From Raillietiella orientalis (Eukaryota), in assembly GCA_036172245.1 (NCBI GenBank), contig JAYWIR010000029.1, positions 1,116,001-1,180,000 of the forward strand: a stretch of DNA of 64,000 nt, given 5' to 3'. Each line of letters begins with the position of its first letter. Positions within the stretch are counted from its first letter, which is position 1. A program made the translations under genes and the position numbers. Below the pieces are notes generated by a model that worked only from the letters and a program-made list of their open reading frames with translations, was not told where the DNA came from and made no database searches. Positions 38,083-49,250 of this stretch are shown here, piece by piece.

Positions 38083-38654
38083 GATTCCTTCCTCCGGAGC
38101 TTTCCTGGATGCATAGGGTGGTCCCTCAGGGGTTCCTGAGGAGTGACCCGCACCCTCGGGTGGTGTGGACAGCGTTCAAGAGCTTCGTGAGCCCTCCTCA
38201 AGGAGGTGAACGGCTCTTGGACACTGGGCCAACCAAAAAAAAAAAAAAATCAGCAGCGAAAAGGGAAGAACTTGAAAGGACGTCCTCCTCTGGGAGCGGA
38301 TCTTTCTGAAGACCGCCTCGAGATGGCCCCACCTGGACGAGACATGATCGGAACTTGCCAGCATTCGGGACAGGATGCAGAGGGTTCCTGGCAGCGCATC
38401 GTGATCCCTTCCTCTCCTCACCCCTCCCCGTGTATGATTAATTTCTCCTCCCCTCTCTCCCCCCTGTTTTGTTGGTTTCTTTATTCATTTACTCATTTGC
38501 TTTTGCCTTCCCCCACGCTGCCCAAGCGGACCTCGACGGTCCGCGTACCGCTCTTCGGCAGGCTCATTGCGCGTAGTAGAACCAACGGTTCCACCACGCA
38601 AATGCACTTTTATTATGTTATGTAATGAATGCCTCGTTATAACCGGGTGATAAT
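38083..38654 (-). repeat. Inverted near-identical copy of 25544-26115
   Basis: Direct reverse-complement match. Flanked by CAT on both sides (38080-38082 and 38655-38657). Confidence 0.97.
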
Positions 38655-38799
38655 CATTCCTGGCCAAAAGTCAGGACGATCTTCAAACGAGGTTACCACT
38701 GGTCCTTAAAACTACAAAAGATGAAGTTGAGGAGAGCGACGTGTCTCTTCAGCAGAGTTATAATCCGGCCTCTCTGGTGAGCCTATTCAGAGAAAGAAA

Positions 38800-39522
38800 A
38801 ACTAAAAGAGTCGGTGGTCACGTGAGGTACCACAGAGATCAACAGTCCTTCGGTAGTGGCGTTGACAAAGCCCACGACGGGAACGGAGGGGAACAGGGAA
38901 GAACAAATAAGCAAAACCACAACGAAGCAAAAAGGCAATGCCTTGCGGTGGAGGGGGGAGGGGAGAGATCTCTATCCGTTTTGTTAGGGACTCTGCATCC
39001 TGTGCAGGATGCCAGAGAGCTTTTCCTTATGCCGTCCCTGGAGGGTGTCCATCTCGACGCGATCTGCAAGATCCGGGCTGCAAAGAGGATGGCTCCCCTG
39101 TCTTGGCTCGTCCCTTGCGGTGGCGGCACCGCGCAGACACGCTGAGACTGCAGAGGCTGGAGACAGGGCAGTTCACGAAAAGAGGTCTCTGAGGCATGCC
39201 TCTGGTGTTGTCTATCGAAATGGGAAGATACGCAGGAAAAAAACGTTCCCGAATTTCATGGAGAGCAGCGCAATACACGAGCAGGTGAGGGAATGACTCC
39301 ACTTTCCGACAACCGGCGCAGTTTCGCGCGGCACTCTCCCTCATCCAATGGCGGCAGCGCTCATTGCACGTGAGTCTCCAATGCACCATCAGGAGCTCCG
39401 ACCAATGCTCCACTCAGGTGGGAGGAACGAGCTGTTCGTGATCCCCGAGGACATCTCCAGAATGTCGAGGGGAATTGCAAAGAGCTCGCCCCAGCTAAGA
39501 AGTCCTTCCGGAAGAGCCACTG
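38800..39522 (-). mobile_element. L1/Tx1-like 3' fragment with zf-RVT (CCHC)
   Basis: PEGLLSWGELF...LMVHWRLTCN...CAGCRKVESFPHLLVYCAAL. Confidence 0.8.
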
Positions 39523-39539
39523 ATGCTGCTGCCTCAGCA

Positions 39540-40672
39540 AGATGACGCGCTATCCAGCCACCAAAGAGTTTCCTTCGACCTCCGCCTCAATGTGAAGCGG
39601 CACGTGTGGCAACTGCATTCGACTCCTCCTTCATCGTCGGCATGGACCATGCTCCGTGCTAAAACTGCACAAAGGCAACTCATTAAGCTATGTGGGCTGT
39701 TTCAAGAAGATGTATTGAAATGACAGCGGCTAGCACACGTCTTCAGGAAACGTTGGAGGTCAAGCTAAGATCCGTGCAGGCTGATGCCTCGAAAATCCAA
39801 AGAGACGCTGGGGTCCGTGGCTATCCAAGAAGGAGGAAGACTCGAAAGCGAACTCGGAAAACTGAGGACAGTTCACAGAAGATGCGCACTCTTTTCTGAC
39901 AACTGGTCCTGTGGGCCTGCTTGAAGATGGGTTCCGAGAGAAGGACTCCGAAGCCACCGAGCTCCAGAGCGAAGATCCAAGGAAGGTTTGGAGGAAAAAT
40001 GAGGACGAAATCAGTTCGCCATTCCGAAATCTCTCTCTCAGTTCGCTGCCTTCCCGGAAGAGATTGCGGCCTCTCTTGGCCAGCAGAAGCAACATTACAT
40101 GGCTTGGGAGGACAGGTGGAAGGCATCCACTTTGTCTCCGGTCTTTGGACACTCCGACATCCGGCAAGGCTGGATACTCCGATTGAACAACAGTCGGTTG
40201 GTCTGAGATCTGGAAGACGCGCATCGACTCGATGGTCTCCGGACGAAAGTGAAAGCTTCACGTTTTCCGCAAAAGTCAATCGAAAATCTTCTTCAGAGGG
40301 CGGCGATGAAAACGCCTCGTGCGATGGTGCTAACGGGTGAGAGACCCAGGAAGCAAACTGCCATGATTCGCTTGGATTTGCGGCGTTCTGGCATCCTGAG
40401 CAGGGTCCCTTGACGGTTTTTCCCTCCGTGATCACATCCCATAGGAAAACCGAAGAACTTCCCCCGCTTTCCCTTCCCAGCCTCGGAAGGAAATTGCTTC
40501 GATTTCCGGTATCTAGAGATGACCGCTTGGGAGCCGATGACCTCCCGCCTCCTTTCGATCGGCACGGATGCGCCTCCTTCCAAAGGAAGGATACCTTAGG
40601 AACCTCAGCAACTGGTTTCCGATCACCGTATTGAACGCGGATGCCAAGTTGCTGGTTGCCACCCGGTCACGC
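39540..40672 (+). mobile_element. L1/Tx1-like ORF2 fragment (end of APE to RT motif 1)
   Basis: SSHQRVSFDL...VWQLHS (~SDH...WKLN), LGADDLP (~PGPDGLP) and RLLPKEGYLRNLSNWFPITVLNADAKLL. Confidence 0.8.
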
Positions 40673-40677
40673 CGAGG

Positions 40678-42770
40678 CATTTATTATAAAGTCACTATCG
40701 TTAATGGTACGAGGCCCCACTACAGCCAACAAACAGGACCTGCCGAGTTGGACCGGTGCGACTCTCCCTGGCAGCGGAATGGGGAAATGGAAAATTGGGG
40801 AAAAAACAAAAAGAAAAAATAAAACAGAAAAAAAAGCTATGACTATGATGGGCCGGAAGGGAGTACACACCATTGGGAGGAGGGTCCATCCTTTGCAGGA
40901 TGCCGTCGAGATCCATCCGAATTCTTCCCAGGTGGGGCAATCTGGTCGCAATCCGCAGGTAGCAGACTGCGAGTTCGACGGCATCCCTCTCGTTGCTTGG
41001 CCTTCTGACTTCGCTCCAACCAGTCACAATTCCTCGAACTCAGCAAAGTGCTTCCAGGGCTGCGGCTGGTTGCAGGGCATCCCGCACGAAGAGAAGCCTA
41101 AAAACGTCCCTCGGGTGGCCGCCCACCGGGATCCGTAGGGAAGTACCAAGACGCTTCCAGATGGATCGGAGGGCAACACAGTCAACAATCAAGTGGGGGA
41201 GGGACTCCCGCTCCCCGCACCTGGCACCTTCAGGATTTATTCGTCCCCGGGTCCAGTGGCGGCGGTGTGCGTTGCAGGGAAGACCCCAATGCAACAGCAG
41301 AAACGCCGACTCCTGCCACTTGAGGGGAAGGAACCTTGATCCAGTCAACACCGGAGGCCACTTCAGGTCATCCGTCGGGATGCCGAGCAGCTCACCCCAT
41401 CTCAGTAGTCCTCGCGGAAGGATGCTCGAGGTCGTGGCGTCCTCCAGCTGTCCCATGGTCCAACCGCTCATCTTCTCTCTGCCTGCGATACGGCAGGACA
41501 ATTGCCACCTCGGAGTCCAGCTGCTGAGAAGCGTCCTCCTCAGGAAGGTGCAGTGCCGTAGCTAGGGGGGTCGTCTCTACTCACGTGCTCCTCGCGGGAC
41601 ACTCTAGTATCTTCCACAGGGTGCAGCAGACGTATTGGCCTCGTCGCAGGCGATTCCACGTCTCGTGGCTCCTCTCTTTCAACTTCGCTCACGTGCCAAT
41701 TGTTTCCTTCAACCATGTGGTGGAGTTGGCGGGACTGCAGATCATCCAGCCGTTCTCCTTAGCCAGTGTGGCCATGCATCCAAGTAGAAGACCGCATCTT
41801 TTGATCTTCCGGCCACGGCACAGAAGATAAGATGCGAGTCCTTGCGTCCTGGATACACGGCTGGCAAGGAGGAGGGCCGGAACGCACCAAGGGATGCTCC
41901 ATAACTTCGCTGCGATGGCCATGGTGCGCCATCGCAGCTGAATCTCCATTCGCTCCAGCGTCAGGAGGCCGAGACCGCCATCCCGACGCGAAACACACAA
42001 GTCCTTCAACGGGACTCGGGGCCTCCCGTTGCCCCACAGGGCGATACGGAGGAGGTGCTTCGTCCATTTCTTCAACTGGAGGGAAACGGGGCAAACAAAA
42101 AGCAGAGGGCGGAGTATGGGAGCCGTGAACGCGTTCCACACCGCGGCCCGTTCCAGCAGGAGAAACCTACCTTCCAGGAACGGACCGATCGCCAATTCTA
42201 CTTTTCGGAGACGAACTGACCAGGCTTCTGCGAGGCAGAAGTCCCCCAACGGGACGCCCAGACTTTAAGTACCTGGCCATGGGGATCCCAAAGCGGATTC
42301 AGTCAGGCCGTCCAACTCACGTCGCACCAACCACCACCAACGACGACTTCGCCTTCTTCACCCGCAGCTCCGTCCCCGCGGCTTAGCAGATCGAAGAAAT
42401 CCTCGACTGCGGCTGCCGGGAGGACATGGGCAACAAGAGCAGATCGTCGGCATACGTTGATACGGCGGAATTACCGGGGCACGAGCCCGGCAGGGTTGCC
42501 AGGGTCGCCCTGTAGGCTCTGAGCACCAATTCAAAATAGGTGCTAAAGAGCAGGGGACTCAGGCTGTCGCCCTGCCGGATGCCGCGCCGCACCGGCACGC
42601 CGTACTCCTGCTGACTACTGAAAGAAAGTTTATTAGCGCGCTGCGCCAGCAACAGCTCAGGTAGGTTATTAGCGAGGGTGAGAAACCCATGCGATCCAGG
42701 AGCTCCAGAAGGCTCCGCTTGAAAATTTCTTCAAGCATGGTGTACCCCCCATCGCAGCCGCGGGACAAGA
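40678..42770 (-). mobile_element. 5'-truncated L1/Tx1-like retrotransposon (RT, thumb, zf-RVT, 3' UTR); frameshifted
   Basis: LLELLDRMGFS; VPVRRGIRQGDSLSPLLF; TYADDLLL; LWG..RPRVPLKDLC..RRDGGLGL; LLLHWGLPCN...CGERESLPHLIVDC. AATAAA lies at 40680-40685 on the minus strand. Confidence 0.92.
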
Positions 42771-42776
42771 CTGGAG

Positions 42777-44155
42777 GTGAACAGGGCAAAATCGTCCGTG
42801 GTAGCAGTCGGTTCGGCGTGGGCAGGTCAGCTGGACTGGATCCGCTTGGGGATCCCCACGGTTCGGTACTTTAAGTACCTCGGTGTACCGTTAGGGGACT
42901 ATTCTCCGGTGAGGTGTTGTCCAGCTGCCTCCAGAAGGCAGAGTTGGAGATCGGCCCGTTCAGGGATGGTAAGTTTCTCTTTCCAGAACGGGCCGCGGTG
43001 TGGAACGCGTTTGTGGCCCCCCTCCTCCGCCTCCTGCTTTTTGTTTGCCACCCCGAGTAGCATTAAAAGGAGGACGAAGGACCCCCGCAGAATATCGCCC
43101 TCTGGGGCACAGGGAGGTCCGAGTCCGCCTGAAGGACTTGTGTGCTCCGCGTAGAGACGGAGGCCTCGGTCTTCTGACGCCGGAACGCCTGGAGCGGAGG
43201 CTCCAGTGGAGGACGCTTGCCCTAATGGTGAAGTTTTGCAGCACAAACTGGTGCGAGTCCGCACGATACCTGGTCAAGCGAGCCACCGGCTACGCGGGAC
43301 TGTCTTTGATCCTGGAAAGGCGACGCAGACGCAACGTGTCCAGCTGCGGATTGGAGCCCCGAAGAGTGGCCAAACTGACCAAGACCAACAACTGGATCTT
43401 CTGCTGACCCGCGAACGGTAATGCCTGGTTGCAGGAAACCGTTCGCACATAGGCCAAGAACGACCAAGCGAGCCTGAAGATGCGGCAGCGACTGCTGCAC
43501 TCCTACGACAACCGCTCGCTGAAGGATGTCATCGTGCAGCCCACCTCTTGTGCATGGGCGCAAAGAACCAGCTGTCCAAATGGGAGACCCGATGTGAGAT
43601 AGGTGGAAGAGCGAAGGAATCAGGTGGTTGGAACGCGGGCCAGATCACGGACTCTGCGACCCCGAGTGCCCCACCGAAAGGACTATTGCGCTGGGGTGAG
43701 CTGCTGGGAATTCCACAGGAAAACCTCGAGCGGCCCTCAACGCTTAAGAAAAATCGGACTCTCCCTCTGAAATGTCAGTAATCGGCACTTTTGTTGTTGC
43801 ACTGGGGTCTCCCGTGCAACTCCCGCCTGTCTCACTGAGCCTGGGGGGCTGTAGGCCCCAACGATTGCAAGTGCGGGGAACGGGAATCCCTTCCGCACCT
43901 GCTTGTAGACCGTACTGCCTTCCGACCCTATGGTTGCGTTATGCAACGGCCCTTGGTGCACCGACAGACAATCCCAGGGACGTGACGAAGCGCTTCTTTG
44001 TGCCTTTGTGCCCTTTCGCCTGCCGCATCCCGAGCAACTCTTTGCTGCCTACGAGGGATCGATTGTGTCGGCCTGGAGATACCACAGGTTCCGAGCATTT
44101 TCGGCAATGTAGGGCTGACGGCCCTACACATGTATGTTTATTTTTTATAATAAAA
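42777..44155 (+). mobile_element. 5'-truncated L1/Tx1-like copy (RT end to 3' UTR) of the same family, in opposite orientation
   Basis: NRAKSSVV...FKYLGVPLG; RVRLKDLCAPRRDGGLGLL; PKGLLRWGELLGIP; LLLLHWGLPCN. AATAAAA lies at ~44149-44155. Confidence 0.88.
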
Positions 44156-44159
44156 GTCC

Positions 44160-44700
44160 CGGTGTGACTGGGTGATAAACCAAGCAGCTCGCTCCACCGA
44201 AGGAGTTCCTTTACCCAGAAACATGGAGTGGCGGCGTTCACCAACTCGCTCGTTTTGTAGCCGTTCAGGAGTTTTTGGACTCCTGCAATGTTGCAGAAGA
44301 ACTCCTACTCCAGCGCTGCAGCATGGAATGAGACGGCTAAGTGGAACCATTGTGTCGAATCCTGCAGGAGATCTCCCAGCGGTTTGAGTACGAGACGCTG
44401 CAGAGGTCGCGCAGTTCCTCTGGGCGCATTCCAGAGTGGCAACCCAGCACTCTAGAGCTTCCTGATACCAGGCATTCCAGTTTTTGTGTAGGCATGCACA
44501 CTGCCGCCGTCACTGCTCCTTCCTGGATGCTCCTACATTTTGTCGCCTCCCGGATACAAGCCTGGGCAGAACCAGGGCAGCGAGAGGCCATGACGGAGAT
44601 CCAATGCTGGAGAAGATCAGATCGACCAGCCCGTCAGGTTCTCGCCACCTCACATCTCCTCGGAGACGTATGTCTGTATGTCTCTCAGGAAATGCTTCTG
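44160..44700 (-). mobile_element. Another fragment of the same L1/Tx1-like family
   Basis: RWEISCRI and KELLRWSELLG. Confidence 0.6.
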
Positions 44701-46549
44701 GCGTACGAGAAAGCAGGAGGATGACGAGGGAGCTGGAGCTCTCAGTGCCGCCTCCCCCCCCCCCCCCGAAACAGGTCCGTGCAAGAAGGACATCGCCAGC
44801 ACCTGGGTACCGGAGGTGTCCTCGATGAAGCGTCGGTCTTCCGGGACGCAACCGGAAACCAAAGGGAACCCGGACCGAAAATCCGATGCGAGCGCTTCCG
44901 GCTTGCCGCCCAGCCTGGGGACATCACCTGCTTCCCTACATTCAGCCCCCATCCCTGCACACGCTCCCGACCCATAGCTTCACTTCTCCCGCGTTTTTTC
45001 CCGGGAGGTCTGACCGGGTCTTAGGTCGTACCCAAACTGCCGCCTCCCGACGAGATCATGGATGGGCGCGACCCTCGAGGTCGGTCGTGGGGTGGAGGGC
45101 GGGCAGGGGTCCTGCGGAAGCTTCCTCCCTCAGCTGTTCCTCCTGGGGTGGGAGAAAAAAGGAGAGAATGTGTGGTCTGAAGACCACGGGCGCCTGTCCG
45201 CACCCTGGTGGTCATCAGGCACACGAAGGAAAAAGAAGGGGGGGGGGGAGGAGGAAGCACAATAAACGAGTAAAAGTAGCGCGCGCATCCTAGCAACAGG
45301 GCCGCTTGCCAGCAGCTTGATGAATGCCTTTCGTGCCACGCCGGGTCCTCCGCCCGAAAGTGAAGACCGCTTTTACCCGGAAGCGCGCGAGAACTGGGTT
45401 CCTGGAAATAAATCAGGATGCGGCCGGCGTCCGCGGGACCGCACGCTTGCAGCGCGGGCGTCGTCGGCCGTCACAGGCGCTGCCGCTGCCGCGTGCGCGC
45501 GCGACCCAGCAACCGAGGGGAAGCTCCGTGCCACGAGCACGCTCTTCCCCTTCCGCCGCGGGTGCCCGGAAGGGAGGCGACAACGCGCGGAACGGCGACC
45601 GCGAGCGCTTCGCTCGCCCGACACGCGAGGGCCACCCCGCAGACTTGAAGATAACGAATGGGATGCTGGGAGGGGGGGAAGATAGATGACGGGCTCGCAA
45701 ACTGGAGGAACGCCCCCGGCCTACCCCCATCCGTCGTAGACCGGGGGTGAGGAGGAGGAAGGAGGAGACGGCGTTTCCGGCCCACCAGTCTGAACGGCGC
45801 CCGAGGGAGCCACGCCCTCGTTTTTCCTTAGGGTGGAGGCAGCGCCCGAGAGTTTCGGGAGGAAGCGGGAACGGAGGACCCTCGTCCTCTCCGCTCAGCG
45901 GCCGCCGAGCGCTTCCCGAGGTCCCCTGAGCGTTTCCGAGGAAACTGACAGCCCCTTCCAACTCCTTCCCCCCCCCCCCCTCCCGATTGGTTTTTTCTCC
46001 TCCGGGGGCTCGAGGGAGAGTGGAGCCTTCTGGAACAGGGGAAGCGAGACACCCGCGCGCACCCTCCCGCGCTGGAAGCGACGGACGCTCCCGGAAGTTC
46101 CCGCAGGCGAAATGAGGGAGGGGGAGACTGAAGGAGAAGGATGCCGAGGGAAAACGATCGGCCCTGCACCCGCAGCCGCGGGGGCGGTCCGAGCGGCTTC
46201 CGCGTCCTCAGACCTCGTGTCCGCCAAGGCAACCCGGTTTTCGGGGGGGGAAAGGGGCGGGACGGCGTTTTTGCGCTCCCTTGCGCTCATCTCGATAATT
46301 ACCAACGGCCGGGAAAAAAAGAAGGGGGGGAGGAGCTTTTTATGGACACTGCCCGTCCGAAGATTCTCATTAGATGAAGGGAGGGCGGGGGGAAGGAGGG
46401 AAACCTTTCCGTTGCCCGACCCGACCCGACCCTCCATAACAAGAAGCGCAGACGTCCACCTGGGAGAGAGCCATCTGCTGGGATCCACTCCGGCCAGCTG
46501 GTGCTGCAGCCGGCTTCCAGGAGAGCTAAGGGGGACGACCCGTTCTTGG

Positions 46550-49250
46550 ATCCTACCGGACTCCTGGAGCAGGAAGCCCTCGGAGCTCGGGAGCCACGGC
46601 TCTGAGGAAGATGGAAGTGTCCAGGGACCACCGTCCGCCATCATCCACTATCATCTCTTCTTTCTGAGTAGCTGCCTCGGACGGCTCCTGCCGGGTCTCC
46701 GGTCGCGCTCCGGAGAGGTCCCTCTACCTCCTGAGGAGCGGAAGGCGCGCTCCTACTGGGTGGTGGTGGCACTGAGAGGAAGAAGGGTGAGGTCTCCCGG
46801 GGCACAAGGCACAGAACGAGGAGGCGCACCAGGGAGAGGCGCTGGAAGAGCAAAGAGCTCGCGGCGGTCGTCCCTGGCATTCGGAGTTTGGGTTTATCAA
46901 GCGGCCCCTCTTTCCACCTGCGAAGTGGAGCAGCAGCATCAGGGCCGCCTAGAGCCTTGACCTCTGGAAGGGGGGATTCCTGCCCCGGGTACCTCGGGAG
47001 CTGGAAAAAAAAACTCGCCCCTCTTGGATGATCCTGGTCTCTGCCTCTCCGCGCCTTCCGGCGCTGGTCCGTGCGAGAGCACAGCACAAGTTCTGTTCTC
47101 TGTTTCTTCTCCAGGATCTAGGAGATCCAGAGTTCTCTTTTTCTTCTTCGGTCTTCCCAGCTTCCTCCTGGGTCGTCCTTTCCTTCCTTTCTCCATTTGC
47201 AGGTCTCCCCAAATGAATGTCCAGGTCTCCATGAGAGCTTCAGGCCCTTTTCGAGGGCAGCGGGAGTGCTCTGCGCCGTTTGGGTCAGCGTGAGGATGGG
47301 CTGAATTCTGAGGTCTTCTACCGGGGAGGTGGCTTTTCGAAGGCTAGGGCGAGGGCCCTCTGCGGCAAGTGGGCATCGGAGGGCAAGCGAAGCTGCCGCG
47401 GTCGCCGCAGATTCTTGCGGGTGCTCGCGGCCCGCAGTGCAGGGAGCATGAGTCCGATCCCGAAAAGATGCCTCCGGGACTCGGCTCTCCCCGCGGAGGG
47501 CACGATGCGGACCGGCCCGGGGAGGAAGGGAGCGCCTCGGAGGCACACACGCAGGAGTGCCACGCTGCCTGCGCGTTCGCCCCAAGACGCCCCAAGCGCG
47601 CGCAGTGAAAGTTTTCCTCCCTGGACGCAGCCGTCGCCACCCAGCAATCGAGCCGCCGGTCTCCACGGCGACTCTTCGGGGCCTCCCTCCTCCACGCCTG
47701 GTTTCCCTCCCTCGATCGCGAAGGCGGTCCGTCACGGCGCGAGCCGGGCTGCCCCTCCCCGAGCGACCGTCTGGGAAGAGCCTCATCAGCAGGCCACTGG
47801 ACGTCGTTAGTCTTCGCACGTACCACTTCCAGAGCGTGTTGAGAGGCGTCGTAAACACGTGGCGCCGGTGGCGCGAAGTAAAAGTGACGGACTCAGCCGC
47901 CGCGGCTCTAAAAATAGAACGAGCGCGCGCAAGCGAGCGCTGTTGGGGAGAAGGAGGGTGGTCCTCTCGCAAGACGAGGGAAAACGCACCACCCGCGAAG
48001 GCTTCGCCTTCCCGGATCCGCTCCCGCCCGCTCCGAGCTCGGGGAGAGGCAAGGCAGCGCTCCGCCGAGCGACGCAAGCACTTTCCGGGAACGCCTCCCG
48101 ACCCGCTCCGCCCGTTTGCCGGGAGCCCTCAGCTCCCACAAGCCGGGTCCCAGACACCCCAGGTATCTGAGTCAACCCCTCCTGCCCTCTCCTGTGCATT
48201 CCCTTCCCTGGAGCACCATATCTGGCGCCAGTCCCAGCCCTCGTTCCTCGGTTGTCACCAGCTGCCAACTCCCAGCCTCCACGTCGAGCGCCTTCCGATT
48301 TCCCTCCCGTAACCACCCTGCGCGGGAACTGCGAACACTTCCGGGAAACTCCGCTCTTGAGGGAGCAGCCCGGAAGCTTCCCGGGCGGCCAGGAGCGGCG
48401 TTTCCTTCTTAGACATGCCGTTCGCGACAGCAGCGGCCAGCGTCTTCCTCGGACGGATCAGGGCGCAGGAAGAGCCGAGGACGTTCCCGATGCTCGTTCC
48501 CAAGCACCCCCTCCGTTGCCGGCGTTCCTTCCAGAAGTTTTCCTTTTGCTGCTCCTCCTGCAGCTTCTCTTTATCCCATGACCTAATCCAACATCGAAGA
48601 ACTTAGTCGACTTTGGTGGTTTATCCCGGAGCTCCAGCGACCAATCAGAGACGACCTCTCCGGAGATGAGGAGCTGCGAGCCGAGGGAGAAAGAGGGTGA
48701 GCTTTTCACGGTTTGATGACTTCCCGTACGCACAAGAGGAACGGTCGTGGGCTCCACGACAGCACTAGGGAGTCAAAGGCTTCGAAAGCCGGTTCTGTGG
48801 CAGCCAGAGTTCAGGGACCCAGTAGGTCACGCTGGAAGAACCAGCCAGGAGAATGTCGCTCGGGAAACCGATCGAGACGCACGCGCGCTGGTCGGCGGCG
48901 TGTCACCGGCGGGCTTCGGAGCAAACTGCCTCACGCTGCGACGGGAAGCTGATGACGATCTGTCGGAGTCGAAACGAAGTCTTTCTTGGTGACGGTTCGC
49001 CGTAAAGTCCGCGGCGAAGAGGGAGGAAGCAGTGGCGTTCGTGCCGTTCCACCAGGAGAGAAACCTCCCCTGGTGGAACGGCATCGCGGATCGGGAGCCG
49101 GAAACTGCACATCCCGAAGCCGAGCTCTCGAAGAGTGCTAGCTGCTGCGTTTCGAAACGCAGCCCCGGGCACTGGCATCGGAAAGTTGCGATCGATGATG
49201 CCAGTCTTTCCTCGACCTTCCATCAATGCGCCAGATTTTATTGTATCGCG
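46550..49250 (-). mobile_element. GC-rich decayed L1-like ORF2 (APE-RT-zf)
   Basis: Colinear remnants: QFAP, DILLAG and GSHQTV (APE); QERAGGVD (~QEKAFDRVD), SFSPTAL, TSSGLLM and IAGWRRL (RT/thumb); LLLH...CALC (zf). Confidence 0.45.

Noticed and set aside
25544..38654. Polinton/Maverick or other large TIR element bounded by the 572-bp inverted repeats
   Set aside because: I saw no polB, integrase or capsid motifs inside and no outer TSD, and one repeat end cuts through a SINE that continues inward.
48949..48977. Hammerhead-like CTGATGA...GAAAC (also CTGATGAG at 11028)
   Set aside because: There is no proper stem II closing pair and no stems I/III.
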